64,000 nucleotides of DNA from Amphiscolops sp. MND2022 (Eukaryota): the NCBI GenBank assembly GCA_964187785.1, contig OZ076409.1, positions 94,118,001-94,182,000 on the forward strand, written 5' to 3'. This document shows positions 48,164 to 59,558 of the stretch, in pieces. A program made the translations under genes and the position numbers. Position 1 is the stretch's first letter, and each line of letters begins with the position of its first letter. The notes beneath the pieces are model-generated. The model worked only from the letters and a program-made list of their open reading frames with translations, was not told where the DNA came from and did no database searches.

Positions 48164-48684
48164 ATTGAAGAATGAGAAAATTTCGTTGAAAGCTGTAGAA
48201 GATACTTCGGAATTCTTCTTGAATGGGTGACCTGAGAGGAGGAAGGAATGCTGAAGAAGCAGTTGTGACGATATTCACCTAAAATAGATTAGTTTGTTTA
48301 CAATAAAGTTCCTTTGAAAATAGAATTTCGTAGTTGACATTTTTTTATTGAATTTTGTGATGTTATAACTTTTTAATTTTAGGAATTAAGTTGTTGTATT
48401 TTAGAAGTCTTTTGAAGGGTATTTAAATATCTTTCATATAAGTACTTATTTGTTGAAATCGGTCCATTAAAAGGAGGAGCAATTGAAGAATTTCGTTGAA
48501 AATTTCTATGTCGTGATTGAAATTTTTATGTTATTTCATTTTAAAAGTGTATTTTAACATCAAGCATGTATTAGAATCATGCATAGCAGGCATATGCGTG
48601 TAGATTCAATTAATTTTGACAGGTTGTTAAGAGATTAAGTGATAAGTGGTAATAACTTTAAAGCTATTATCCCATAATTACCAG

Positions 48685-49638
48685 TTAAGATCGATGCATT
48701 TTTTCAATAGTGTAGTTGAATTCGTCTAAGGATGTGCGAATGCACAAAGCTGATTGGCTAATTCTTGTCGTATCAAATACGATATTGTGTATTATGTTTC
48801 GAGCTTGTTCAAGGGTATTTACGATTTCAGCGATTGTTAAAAGAATATCTCGGTTTGGATGATGATACGGTTTTATGTTATTCAGAATTTCTGTATATTT
48901 CTGTAATTCGTCTGTTGGGCGAAAACTTTGTGGTTGAGGAATATCATTTTTGGTTTTCTTAGGCGATTCTTGTTTTGCCTTTTTATATTCTTTGTGATTT
49001 CCATTTATAAGAAGTGAAAGCAGGTGGGAAATAATGAAAATTAATTCATTATTTGAATATCCCTTTTTAATCATTGCGTGGAAATAAGACTTTTCACAGT
49101 CTCCTAATGGTTGAGAGGCTATTTGTTGAAGTGGAGGAAGAGGATCAGATATATGTTGGGGTATATCTTCTTGTAGTAACGAATCGTCGTTTAGAATGAG
49201 GTATTCTTGTGGAACAATGATTGGTCTTTTTGGGTTATCATTTGGAAGGAAGAGAGAACTTTGTTTCAGCGGGTCATAATTTCTAAGTTTTCCTTTTGTT
49301 TTGGTATGATCTATTAAATATTCTGAGTTGAAAGTGAATGGCGATGTATATTTGGAGTTGAAGAATATATAATTATCGGGCTCTTTATATTGAAGGATCT
49401 TTTGATAAGTCAAATGGTGGGCCTTTTTGATTTGATATGGCAAAAAATTTGTATCATTTTCTTCTGTTCGAAGATCATATGGAGATGGTCTGAGGAAGTT
49501 GTATTGAAGTGAGAAAATTTTCACTTTATTGTTTAACCACCAATCATATGGGGTAATCAGTTTTGAAGCAATTGATGTATGATAATCATTTTTAAATTCT
49601 CTGATGATGAATTTGTATTTTGTTGGAATCATGTACAA
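48685..49638 (-). CDS. Accessory ORF (317 aa), unknown function
   Basis: Long ORF in very AT-rich DNA; no recognisable domain. Confidence 0.6.
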   Translation of the reverse strand: MYMIPTKYKFIIREFKNDYHTSIASKLITPYDWWLNNKVKIFSLQYNFLRPSPYDLRTEENDTNFLPYQIKKAHHLTYQKILQYKEPDNYIFFNSKYTSPFTFNSEYLIDHTKTKGKLRNYDPLKQSSLFLPNDNPKRPIIVPQEYLILNDDSLLQEDIPQHISDPLPPLQQIASQPLGDCEKSYFHAMIKKGYSNNELIFIISHLLSLLINGNHKEYKKAKQESPKKTKNDIPQPQSFRPTDELQKYTEILNNIKPYHHPNRDILLTIAEIVNTLEQARNIIHNIVFDTTRISQSALCIRTSLDEFNYTIEKMHRS

Positions 49639-49647
49639 CGAAGTTAA

Positions 49648-49977
49648 CTAAGATTGAAATGTGAATTGTTTCGACGAGAGAATAGGAACTAATTCAAAAT
49701 CTCTATCTTCATCTTGTTTAATTGGTTTTATGAAAGGAGGGCAAGCACCAGATTCCATAAAAGTTTTATCTGCGGTTATATCTTGGTACTTTCTTTTTTG
49801 AGATCTTGTGTTAACATGATCTACTTGTTCAATAGGGATATTTTCTATAGGATCTTGAGAGTTGGAGGAAGAGTTATTATCTTCGTTAACATTTTGTTGA
49901 ATAGTTATATTCAAAGGGGTTGCAAGCAATTCAGAGGGATTAGAGTTAACTACATCAATTTCGGGCAAGGATTCCAT
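49648..49977 (-). CDS. Accessory ORF (109 aa, acidic, TRSQKRK basic motif), unknown function
   Basis: ATG-initiated, same strand as gag-pol-env, ends 10 nt before the next ORF. Confidence 0.5.
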   Translation of the reverse strand: MESLPEIDVVNSNPSELLATPLNITIQQNVNEDNNSSSNSQDPIENIPIEQVDHVNTRSQKRKYQDITADKTFMESGACPPFIKPIKQDEDRDFELVPILSSKQFTFQS

Positions 49978-50392
49978 TATTTAAACTTGCGTGTCTTTGT
50001 AGAGCTAAAATAATGATTATAACATTTGATTACATTATTTCTAATACTAAGGAAAAATTTTGTTATGTCTTTTCTATCCATTAAATTGTTTGTTAAAATT
50101 TAAGTTTAAATTGTACTTACAATATGGGAATACTGGGTCAATGATGGGTTGAAAACATCAACAATCACAGTGGCATCTATTCCAGGAATAGAAACTTCTG
50201 TGATTTCGGTCGTTTAGATGGACTGAAAAACTAGTTGAAGTCTTCTGGTTGAGAGTTGAGTTGAGTTGAAAAGGAGAGACCGGCCGAGTGAGAGTTTGGG
50301 TGTGAATGAAAGTTGAAACTGAGAAGAATTTAGTTGATAATTTTGTGAACTTTTCTTGAGGTTAATTTGTTTTTTAAATTATTGCTTTTCAG

Positions 50393-52973
50393 CTAGGAGG
50401 GATTGAATTTTATAAAGACTTTAGCAGGACTTTCCGGTACAGCTATTATATTTGACATTATTGGGTCATAGTCCTGAGAATTAACATCGTTTACATTAGT
50501 TGGGTGTGTCTTTTGCGGTGATTGAAATGTTGAATTCTTACTGGAATATTTAGGAGGTAAATAAGGGGAGTCAGTATCAGAGTGTCTTCGTTTAATATTT
50601 AATTTTTTTTCCGGCAATAGGATATTATCATTTTCACTTGTTGTAATTTTGTGTTTAGTATATATCCGTTTTCGTTTTCCTGTATTATATAAATCGGTTA
50701 CCATTTCCGATGTAACTATATTTAAAAAAAAATCCATGGGCTATTGAACTCAAAATGGAAATGTTGCTTTGGAGATTATATTTTATGCTAATTGTTCTGT
50801 AGAATTTGAGTAAAAATGTTAAAACTTCTCTAATGAAAAGGAATGTTGAAAAATAAATTCCACATTGGGTTAAAACATAACATGGGTATCCAAAGAAATT
50901 AATGAATGCTTGACTGAACCAGTCAAGGTTAAAAAGTGGTAAAAGGTTTAACAAGTGGTCATGTACTCCAAGCCTTAAATGATTATAGGGATTATGTCCT
51001 GAGTATGAGTGTTTTTCATTATGCATTGAAATGAAATCATAGCTTAATGATTTTCCAAGTAATTGAAGAGTTGTGTCTGAATGTTTAGCAAATAATACTC
51101 TATTCGAGAACTGATCTAATTCTGCATTTGAGTATATACCGGCATCTTGGGCGGTAAATGTATTAGGAGTGTTTGTTGTTTTAATTTGGGTAGGTTTAAA
51201 CATTTGTGGTGCTTCTCGTTTGAGTGGTTCTGGTGTTAACACATAAAAATCTCCGTCGTTGGAATCTGGATCTAATTCTATTATATTTTGTGGGTTATTT
51301 CCACATTCAATTGGTGTTGCGTAGTTAAAAGTTTGTCTTGTTATTGGGTCAACATACATTATCGTTTCTCTGTGGTGTATAGGGATTCTATCAAAGCATT
51401 TATCTGCCTTGTATAGTGGTGATATAAAATGAGGGCAATCATACAGCAATGCTGTAGATCTTTCAACGTAGAGAAAGTTACTACGATTTCCAGTTAAAAG
51501 AAAACCGGCTAATTGGGGATTTTTAACTGACATTGCTAGTATTGTTAACAGTTGAGTTCTTTCTAGTTCACATATTGTATGAAGAGTGTTTAGTTCTTGT
51601 ACTGTCATGGATTTAAATACATGATTTATTGTGAAATCAATTTTTGTATTAATGTGGGCATCATAGTCTAAAGTGGCGAAATTGTTTGATATATTCAATG
51701 CAGGGAATATATACCTTTTGTTTGAATCATCATATTTTATATTTCCACTAATTGTTTGGTCAATTATTGGGTGTGGTTTTGGTAATCCTGTGTTCATATC
51801 AAAACCATCTATGTATGTAACAAAGATGTCATCATATTGTGTTGAAAATAATGGTTCAGGTTTTCCACAGAAGGTTTGTGCAATTGGGTATATTTCAAAT
51901 CGAGAAAGGCTTGGATTGCTTACTTTTGATTATGGTGTTTTTATATTAGGGTATTTTGTTCCTTGTATTCCTTCGGTTTGAAGTTTTTGTGTGATGTTTG
52001 AAGTTTCAATGAAGGTATCGGTTTCTATCCAATATCTATCTTTGATTCGTGTCATTCTACCAATGAATTCTTGAAGTTGAAATATGAGGCAAAATTTTTC
52101 ATCAAACCATGTTAATGTATATGGAGTTTTGGTCGTTGGTTTACAAAATCCGTCTGAATGATAACATGGTAATATGTGTCCGTCATGTATTAATTGATTG
52201 TTTTTAACGTCATAATCTATTGCGGTGTTAACAATTCTAAGTTTCCAACTTTGTCGGGTAATTAAATGTTCGCGGTCTGATCGACATCTAGAGTATGTAT
52301 TTTGTGTAACATTAACTATCAAATCAGGATAATTTTCGTCAAATACGAAGGTTCCAATATGCCATGTATTTAATTTTTTTACTCTAAATGGTGTCTGAAT
52401 TCGTTCAATTGTGTTTTGATAATTACTATCGTCGAACAATGAGAAAGAGCTTTGTATATTGTAGTTGTTTAATTCTTCGCTATCAGTCGCGTTTAAATAT
52501 CTGATCATATTTTTGCATTCAATAGGGTCCAATATTTTTGGAAGTTCTAATGTGTTTTGTCCCCATTGTAAACGATCATATCGTCTACTAGATGTGAATG
52601 TTTGTGAACACCAGACTTTCTCAGTCTTTATATATGCTTCACATTTAAAGGCTTTGATTCTTTTGGCTTTTGCTCTAACGTAAACTGTTGCTTGGGTTTT
52701 TGTGTGTTGTATATCTGAGGGTGCTTGTTTACATGGTTCTACATTTAATAAACTGAATTGTCTTAAGTTATTTTGTTTTGCACAATCATAATGAGATACC
52801 ATTAAGTTTAAAATGTTAGGATCTTGGTCTGAAATATGATTTTCGGAATTGGTGGTGTCAACTTTGGGAACAGTTGAAGGGTGAACTAAAGAGTGAACTA
52901 TATTTATTATATACGTGTATTTAACAACTAGTATTATATATATTAAATGAAAGGTAAAGGTGATTTGGTTCAT
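50393..52973 (-). pseudogene. env: Envelope-like glycoprotein (~860 aa reconstructed), class III fusogen-like
   Basis: N-terminal hydrophobic signal, Cys-rich ectodomain with NxS/T sites, C-terminal TM (CYVLTQCGIYFSTFLFI), cytoplasmic tail. In-frame TAA at 51930-51932 and a frameshift near 50725. Confidence 0.8.
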
Positions 52974-52989
52974 GGTTAAAATATTGATC

Positions 52990-54450
52990 TATAATTGAGT
53001 CCTGAGTAGGGATTTAAAAAGTTTATATGTCCTGTTCTAATCTCAGGTAAATCTGCGTCACAAAGGTAGGAAATGGAGGTAACAATGAATGGTGATGGGG
53101 TTGTTTTATGTGCTACTCTTGTTGAAAGAGAGAATGGATGAGGTCCTAACGAGTTGAATGTGACTTCTACTTCAAATTTTAATGTGAGTTGTTGTTCTTG
53201 TAATCTTCGTAGTTCTCTTTGTTTTCTTTGAGTTGAGAGTGAACTATTGTTTATAAATCTTGCAGGTAATACCGTGTATCAAGGATCTTCGTTAAGCGTG
53301 CGAACAATTTTTGAGTTAACACGAATAGGATATTCGTGAGGATTTGGCGATGGAGGTCTTGAGAATTCTTCTAAAAAATATTCAGGTAATTGTATAGAGG
53401 AGTTTGATGCTATTGAACTAAGTGAGTAAACTCGTGAAAAATTAGCTGCGCTATCTGATATAGTTGCTGGCTCTTCAGAAAGAAGAGAGGCTGTTTCAAG
53501 TCCTGATGTGATTTGAAATGGTAGTGATAGAGAAGATGGTATAGTGGGCTGAGATGAGGAAAGAGAAGAAGTGTCCAATCTGGGTTGTGCGTGTTGTCGA
53601 AGTAGTCTTGAGTTTGTACTTGAACTAGTTAAGGATTGTAATTCTTGAGAATCTCTTTGTTGTTGAGATCGAAGGTTATACTTATGTCTTGGTACTCTAG
53701 TACTAGCAGTTGAGTCAGAGTCTTTATCTTTATGATATAAATCTGTTAATGAAGAGGTAGTTGTTGAATGTACACGTTGTAATTCAAGCTTGGGATATAT
53801 TTGAGAAAATGTGAAGGAACTTAGTTCCGATGGTGAAGGAGTTGGGTATTGTTGTGATTTTTTCGTTGGTGATTTTAATGAAGGTTCTGGTAAAAGTGTT
53901 ATTGAAATATTACTTGATGATGGTAAATCAAGATTTTGTGGTAATGTAGGTAAAGGAGTTTTTCTTTTTGTTTTCGTTGCAGTTGGTACTTTGTGTGGAC
54001 AAGAATTTATGTATTGTAGGACTAAGCTAGGATCAGGGATATGAATAGAACGAGTGGTAGTAATCGGTGGAAGAGGAGGTCTATTCAAAATATTTGAAGT
54101 ATCTTGTGTATTTGGTATTGTAGGTGTTTCATCATTAGAGTCAGAAAGTGGTGAATTTGTTTCTAAAAATGTTAGATTTCGTGAAATAGGTTGTGATTGA
54201 GTTGTTAATATTTGTGGTTGAGTTTGGGATATAGGTGTATTAGTGGGTGTTGTTGGTACTCTATCAGGAGTATATGGAGCGGATGGATTGGGATTTGAGG
54301 ATGAGGAATCCAGTATGTCTGTATCTGAGTTTAAATATGCTGTATATTCAGGTAATCTTTGGAGTGAATGTGTTGAACTAGAAGAAGATTTATTTGTAGT
54401 TGATGATGGTGAGTGAATATGTCTATCAATTTTGAAATCGTTGTGTTATG
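52990..54450 (-). pseudogene. Ser/Pro/Thr-rich accessory ORF between pol and env (fragmented; called part 53279..54088)
   Basis: 269-aa ORF with similar coding-like composition continuing on both sides; outer limits approximate. Confidence 0.5.
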
Positions 54451-54614
54451 ATAGTTAGTTTCAGCTTGTAAAATAGTTATAGTTTTATATCAATTAGGAT
54501 TTCTTTCTTTTATTCTCATTCGTGAAATAAATTTCATTTATTTTCGCATTAAGCTTCAAAGTTTTTCTTTCTTTCAAACTTTCTTTGTGTGTATTTCTTT
54601 CTGTATTCCGTATT

Positions 54615-57600
54615 TCAGCAGGATTTTTGAGAAAGTGAAATTATATCCTTTTCACCAAGGAAGAGTCGGTAGTCTTTTCTTGGTTGTGGGCGGAAATTGT
54701 ATCTATTATAGGAGTGTCTTCGGGGATTAATAAAATTATCATAATCATGAATATCTGATTGGTTATCCAGGGAGGTATTTTGAGGAATTTGTTCTTTTTG
54801 TTTATATGGAAATGAAGAATATTGGTTAAATGGTTCTGGTTGTAAGTCAATCGTGGATGGTATATCCGTTTCTTTATTAAATGTTGTGGAAGGAAATTGT
54901 TCTTCGTCTGTAAATTTGTCTTCATCAGAGTTAATTATTTGATCGTTTGTATTTGGATGACAGTCATTAAATAAATGAGGGTTATATTGTTGTATGAAAG
55001 GGAAAATAACTGGTTCTTTTGGATAATAAGGAATTAAATGATTTCTATGTATGTGCGATGTATAACCATCTTGATTAACAATTTCATATGTTATATCGGA
55101 GAGTTTGTTAATAATTTTGAATGGGCCAATTCTGAGAGGTTTTAATTTATCGGAACAATGATCATGGAGAAAATTTCTTTTTAGTACAAATGTACCAATA
55201 TCTAAGGGTCTTGGATTGTGATATGTTTTGTTAAAATAGGCATAGGAATTAATCTTTCTTTTTGTGTTTTCATATACCGTATGGTATATCTGTATCATAG
55301 CAGTTTCAGTAGCTAAGATCCATTGTGGAATTGGTTTAGCTAAAATTTTATGAAAGAAAGGGTTTAGATTTGATTTGTCATAGTGTGTATGAAGTGGTAA
55401 TTCCTGACAATATTGAGAAGTACAATTTCTATATGTATCTCTTTGGAGATTGAGTTCAAAGTTGATTGGAATTCTGGGTATAGTATGGAATACTATTTCA
55501 TATGGAGATAAGTTTAATTCAGAAAGTGGTTGTGAATTATGTGCATAAGCATACATATGGACTTGAGTTGACCAATTTTCTGGAGTGTTATGTAAGAAAA
55601 GTCTGAGATGAGTTCCAAGATTTGTGTTTTGATTTTCAACTAAACCATTTGTCCATGGTGCATAAGGAGTTCTTGGTGAATGTCTAATTCCCATTGTGGT
55701 ACAAAGATTTGAAAATTCTGAATTAATATATTCTGTTCCACGGTCGGTAACTAGGTATACAGGAGGTCAAAATTTTGTTATCCAATGATGTAGTAATGAG
55801 TTAACAGCGTTTTGAGCATTATTTTGTTTTTTGGGTACTGTTACTACAAAGTGACTAAAAGCGTCTACTATAACGTGAATGTATGAATTTTGATTTGATG
55901 GTGGGTTTATAGGTCCTTTTGTATCCATTGATATTCGGTAATTAAAATATGAAGCATTTTCTGAGAAGGTTTGTATAGATGCAGTTTGTAATTTTTGGTT
56001 AATATGTTCATTTTGTTGGCATTCAATGCAATCATGGATGAATATTGACATCCATTTATTCAGGTACGGTATGAAGTAAAATTGGTTGAAAGCTTTGATG
56101 GATATTTTTATTCCTGAATGTCCATGAGCATGAAGTTTGTTAAAAGCTGTGTGGAAAAGTTTAAATGGTAGACATATTTTGTCTCTTTGATTCGGGTTGG
56201 AATCGTGAATATTAGGATAATCTATGTGAATAATTTTTGTATCATGATTAATATATAATTGGTTGAAGAGTTTGTAATATACTAATAAGAAAGAGTTAGC
56301 TGCAATTGTTGGGTCTATTTGTAAGGGTCTTTCATTATTAAGTATCCATTGGTAAACCTTTTGTAAAACAGTATCTTGATTTTGTTGAGCTTTTATTGTT
56401 TCAATGGTTATTTGTGTATCTTCTGGTAGGAAGAAGTAATTAAAATATTTTTTGTATTTGAAAAAGGATGGATCAAAAAATGGAACTTGTTGTGTACAAT
56501 AGTCAGATTTGGTAGGATATTGTATAGCAAGGGTGTATTCTTTTACTATGTTCGAGTTTTGTTGTTGGATATTATTTGATGGTGTTATTTCATCTTCATC
56601 ACTAAGAATATCAGTATCATTAAGAATTGTCGATTGTTGTAAAAGAGATTTTGCTTGTTTTTTTTGTAGGCTTTTTATATTTTGATTCGAATGGAACAAT
56701 AGATTGAAAAGAGAAGGAATCTAAAGGCTTTATATGTATATCTTCTCCTTTGTTATTTATACGGATGGAGAATTGGTCGTCTCCGTAGTCAGCAAGGATA
56801 GGATGACAATCATTCTTTTGATTATATTTTATTTCTTCATGTTTTACTAAATAATGTACTGGTTTGAGTTGATTATCTTTCATGATAGAGAAATCTATTT
56901 GAGGTGGTAATTGTTTGTGTCGTAATTGGTGTACTTGTAGCTGTTCTTTTGTAAAGGTTCTTGAAAGCATATTTGCTACAGTTAAATTTTTTCCAAGGGT
57001 ATGAATGATTTTTAATTTGGAAAATTTGGTTAATTGCATTTGTGCTCTATAGAATCTAGGACTAAGATTTCCTTTCTTTGCGAAACAATGTAGTAAAGGC
57101 TTGTGATCTGTGAAGAGATATATAGGATGAGGAGATCCAATGATCAAAAGTTCATATATTTGTAATGCGTAAACTATTGCAAGAAGTTCTCTGTCTAAAG
57201 TTGAAAGTTTTTGTTCTTGTGTATTGAGAATTCTGGAGTTATAAGAGATTACTTTCATCTTATTTTCTTCGTTCATTTGGAATAAGACTGCGCCTAAACC
57301 TACTAACGAAGCATCTACTGTTATAAAAAATGGATGCGTGGTGTTGGGTATTGTTAATTCAGTGTCTGCTGTCATTGCGTTTTTAACATTTTGAAATAGT
57401 TTTTCTAATTCAGGTGTCCATTGAAATTTAACATCATCATGTAGTAATGTATACAATGGTTTAAGGTTTATATGACGTTTTTCAATGAATTTTGAATAAA
57501 AGTTAACACTGCCAAGAAATTGCATAACATCTTTCTTTTCTTGTGGTGATGGGATTCTTTTAATAGCTTAAATTTTGGATGGAATTGGTTTAATTGTGTT

Positions 57601-59493
57601 GTTACCAATTTCATGTCCAAGGAATTTTACTTTGAGTAACATGTAGAACGATTTTTCAGGTGCAAGTTTGAGATTTTCTCGAGATGCTATTGTATGTAAT
57701 TCTTTTATAAGTTCAAACATTTCTTGTTTTTCATTTGCGAGTAGTAGAATATCATCTATATAAACTAACACAGAACCTTTGTCTATAAGTGATCTAAAGA
57801 AAGTTGACATTTGTTTTGTGAAGAAGTTTGGAAGTCCTTTTAATCCGTAAAATCCACGGATAAAGGCGTATAATTTGTCACCGCATGAAAATCCTGTAAG
57901 TTTAATTATTTCTTCATCTAATGGTGTATGAGCATATGCATACATTAGATCAATAGTTGATTTGTATTTTTTATTTGCTCTAGCTAATTGAGGAGCTAAA
58001 GGTTCAATAGGCCAAGATTCAAGTTCTTGGTTAGTGTTTGAGTTTAGATGTCTTGCGTCTAAAACAACTTTTATTGCGTCTCCTTTTGGGATAATAATTA
58101 AAGGGTTTAAAAATGTTGTTCCAATAGTATGTTTTTCATCTGTTGTCGAACCAATTTGTTTTATGATGTTGTATTTTTCGAGTTCTAGTAAAAGTTTATT
58201 TAGTCTATCTCTATAGTGGATAGGTACTTTAGAAGGTCTTTGTGTGTGAAGTTTACAATTATCTTTTATTCTAATTCGAAAAGGAGTAGAAATCTTTCCT
58301 ACGTCGTTTTTATGTTTGGCGTAACAATTTTGGTTGTTAATTAGAATATTGCAGAGATTCACATATTCTGTATCGTTTAAATCTGAGTATTCGAAATTGA
58401 ACTTCTTTATGAATTGTTGGTTTTCTGTAGAATAGGGTAATGGAGGGAAATCTTTTCGAATTTTATCTGAAGGTCGAAGGTTTCCAGTAACAGAAGGTAT
58501 AGGAAGTTGAAGTGTTTTGTCGTTAATTTCTATCTTGTTTATTTCTAATAGGGATTGTGGTATTACCCTAGTACATAAGTTCATATCTGTATATGGATTT
58601 TGTTTAATCGGGGTTGTGGTATCAGGGTGATATGCATGTATTACAGAAAGAATGAGTGAATTTACATCGTTAACTCTGTAGTGAGGAGGAGTTGTTTGCG
58701 TAATAGGTATTTCTATATATCCAACAATTCCTCGTGGTAATGTAGCTGGGTAAGATGTAAAGTTTTGAATTATAGTTGCACATGAGTCTTTGCTTTTTTC
58801 ATTGACTATCATGTCTAAGAAATGAAAGATATTTTTAAATTTTTGTAAGAAATATGTATATGGGTTTGTTGGGTAGAACTTCGTATTATCTTCGAGTTCA
58901 AAATGTAGATTTGAATAGTTTTTAATTGGAAAATGTATGGTTTTTCCTGACCTTGGTTTAAAGTGAATTGGTTCCTTACATTTAATAGTATAAATGTAAG
59001 AAATATATGGATAATCTTTTTCTGTAAATGTAGAAAATGTAGTTTTTGTTGAAAGCTTTGGATGTTGTTCTGTGTACGTCATAATGTTTTGTTGAAAATC
59101 AATATTTTGGATGTGCTTTTTGAAAAAGGGTGTTCCAAGAATGTTATATTTGATATTTGCTACGGCAAAATCGATATTGAAGGATCGTGTTTTGTGATTT
59201 ACTTCAGTGAAACAGGTCATCGAAATATAATGTATTATCGGTACTTCAGTTTGGTTTGCAACTGTAAGAGTTTTGGCTCTTTTGTTTTGGAGGTTAGTTG
59301 GAACATTGATGTTTAATTGTTTGGAAATTACATGAAATGTTGGTAAATTCAAAACAGATATGGAAGCTCCAGTATCTAAAAGGAATAAGATTTCTAATTT
59401 TGAAGGTAATATGTTGTCATTTGTTTCAGAGGCGTGAATATATAGTGGATAAAACCAACTATAAGGGGTGATTGTATTAGCTATTTCAGTCAT
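54615..59493 (-). pseudogene. pol: Pol of element 2 (PR-RT-RH-IN), disrupted
   Basis: LLDTGAS, TIDLMYAY, YIDD, ITVDAS, FTDHKPL, H-x3-H...C-x2-C, SMDTKGP, VTDRG, NGLVE, GPF. In-frame TAA at 57568-57570; frameshifts near 56660 and 55767. Confidence 0.92.
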
Positions 59494-59558
59494 TTGACAG
59501 GTGTGGATTTCAAATTTTGTACTATCATTTTCTTTTGGGGGTTTATCGTCTACTTGAT

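Noticed and set aside
49780..49812. TRSQKRK shared between an element 2 accessory ORF and the element 1 Gag N-terminus
   Set aside because: Short basic NLS-like motif without flanking similarity; convergence suffices.
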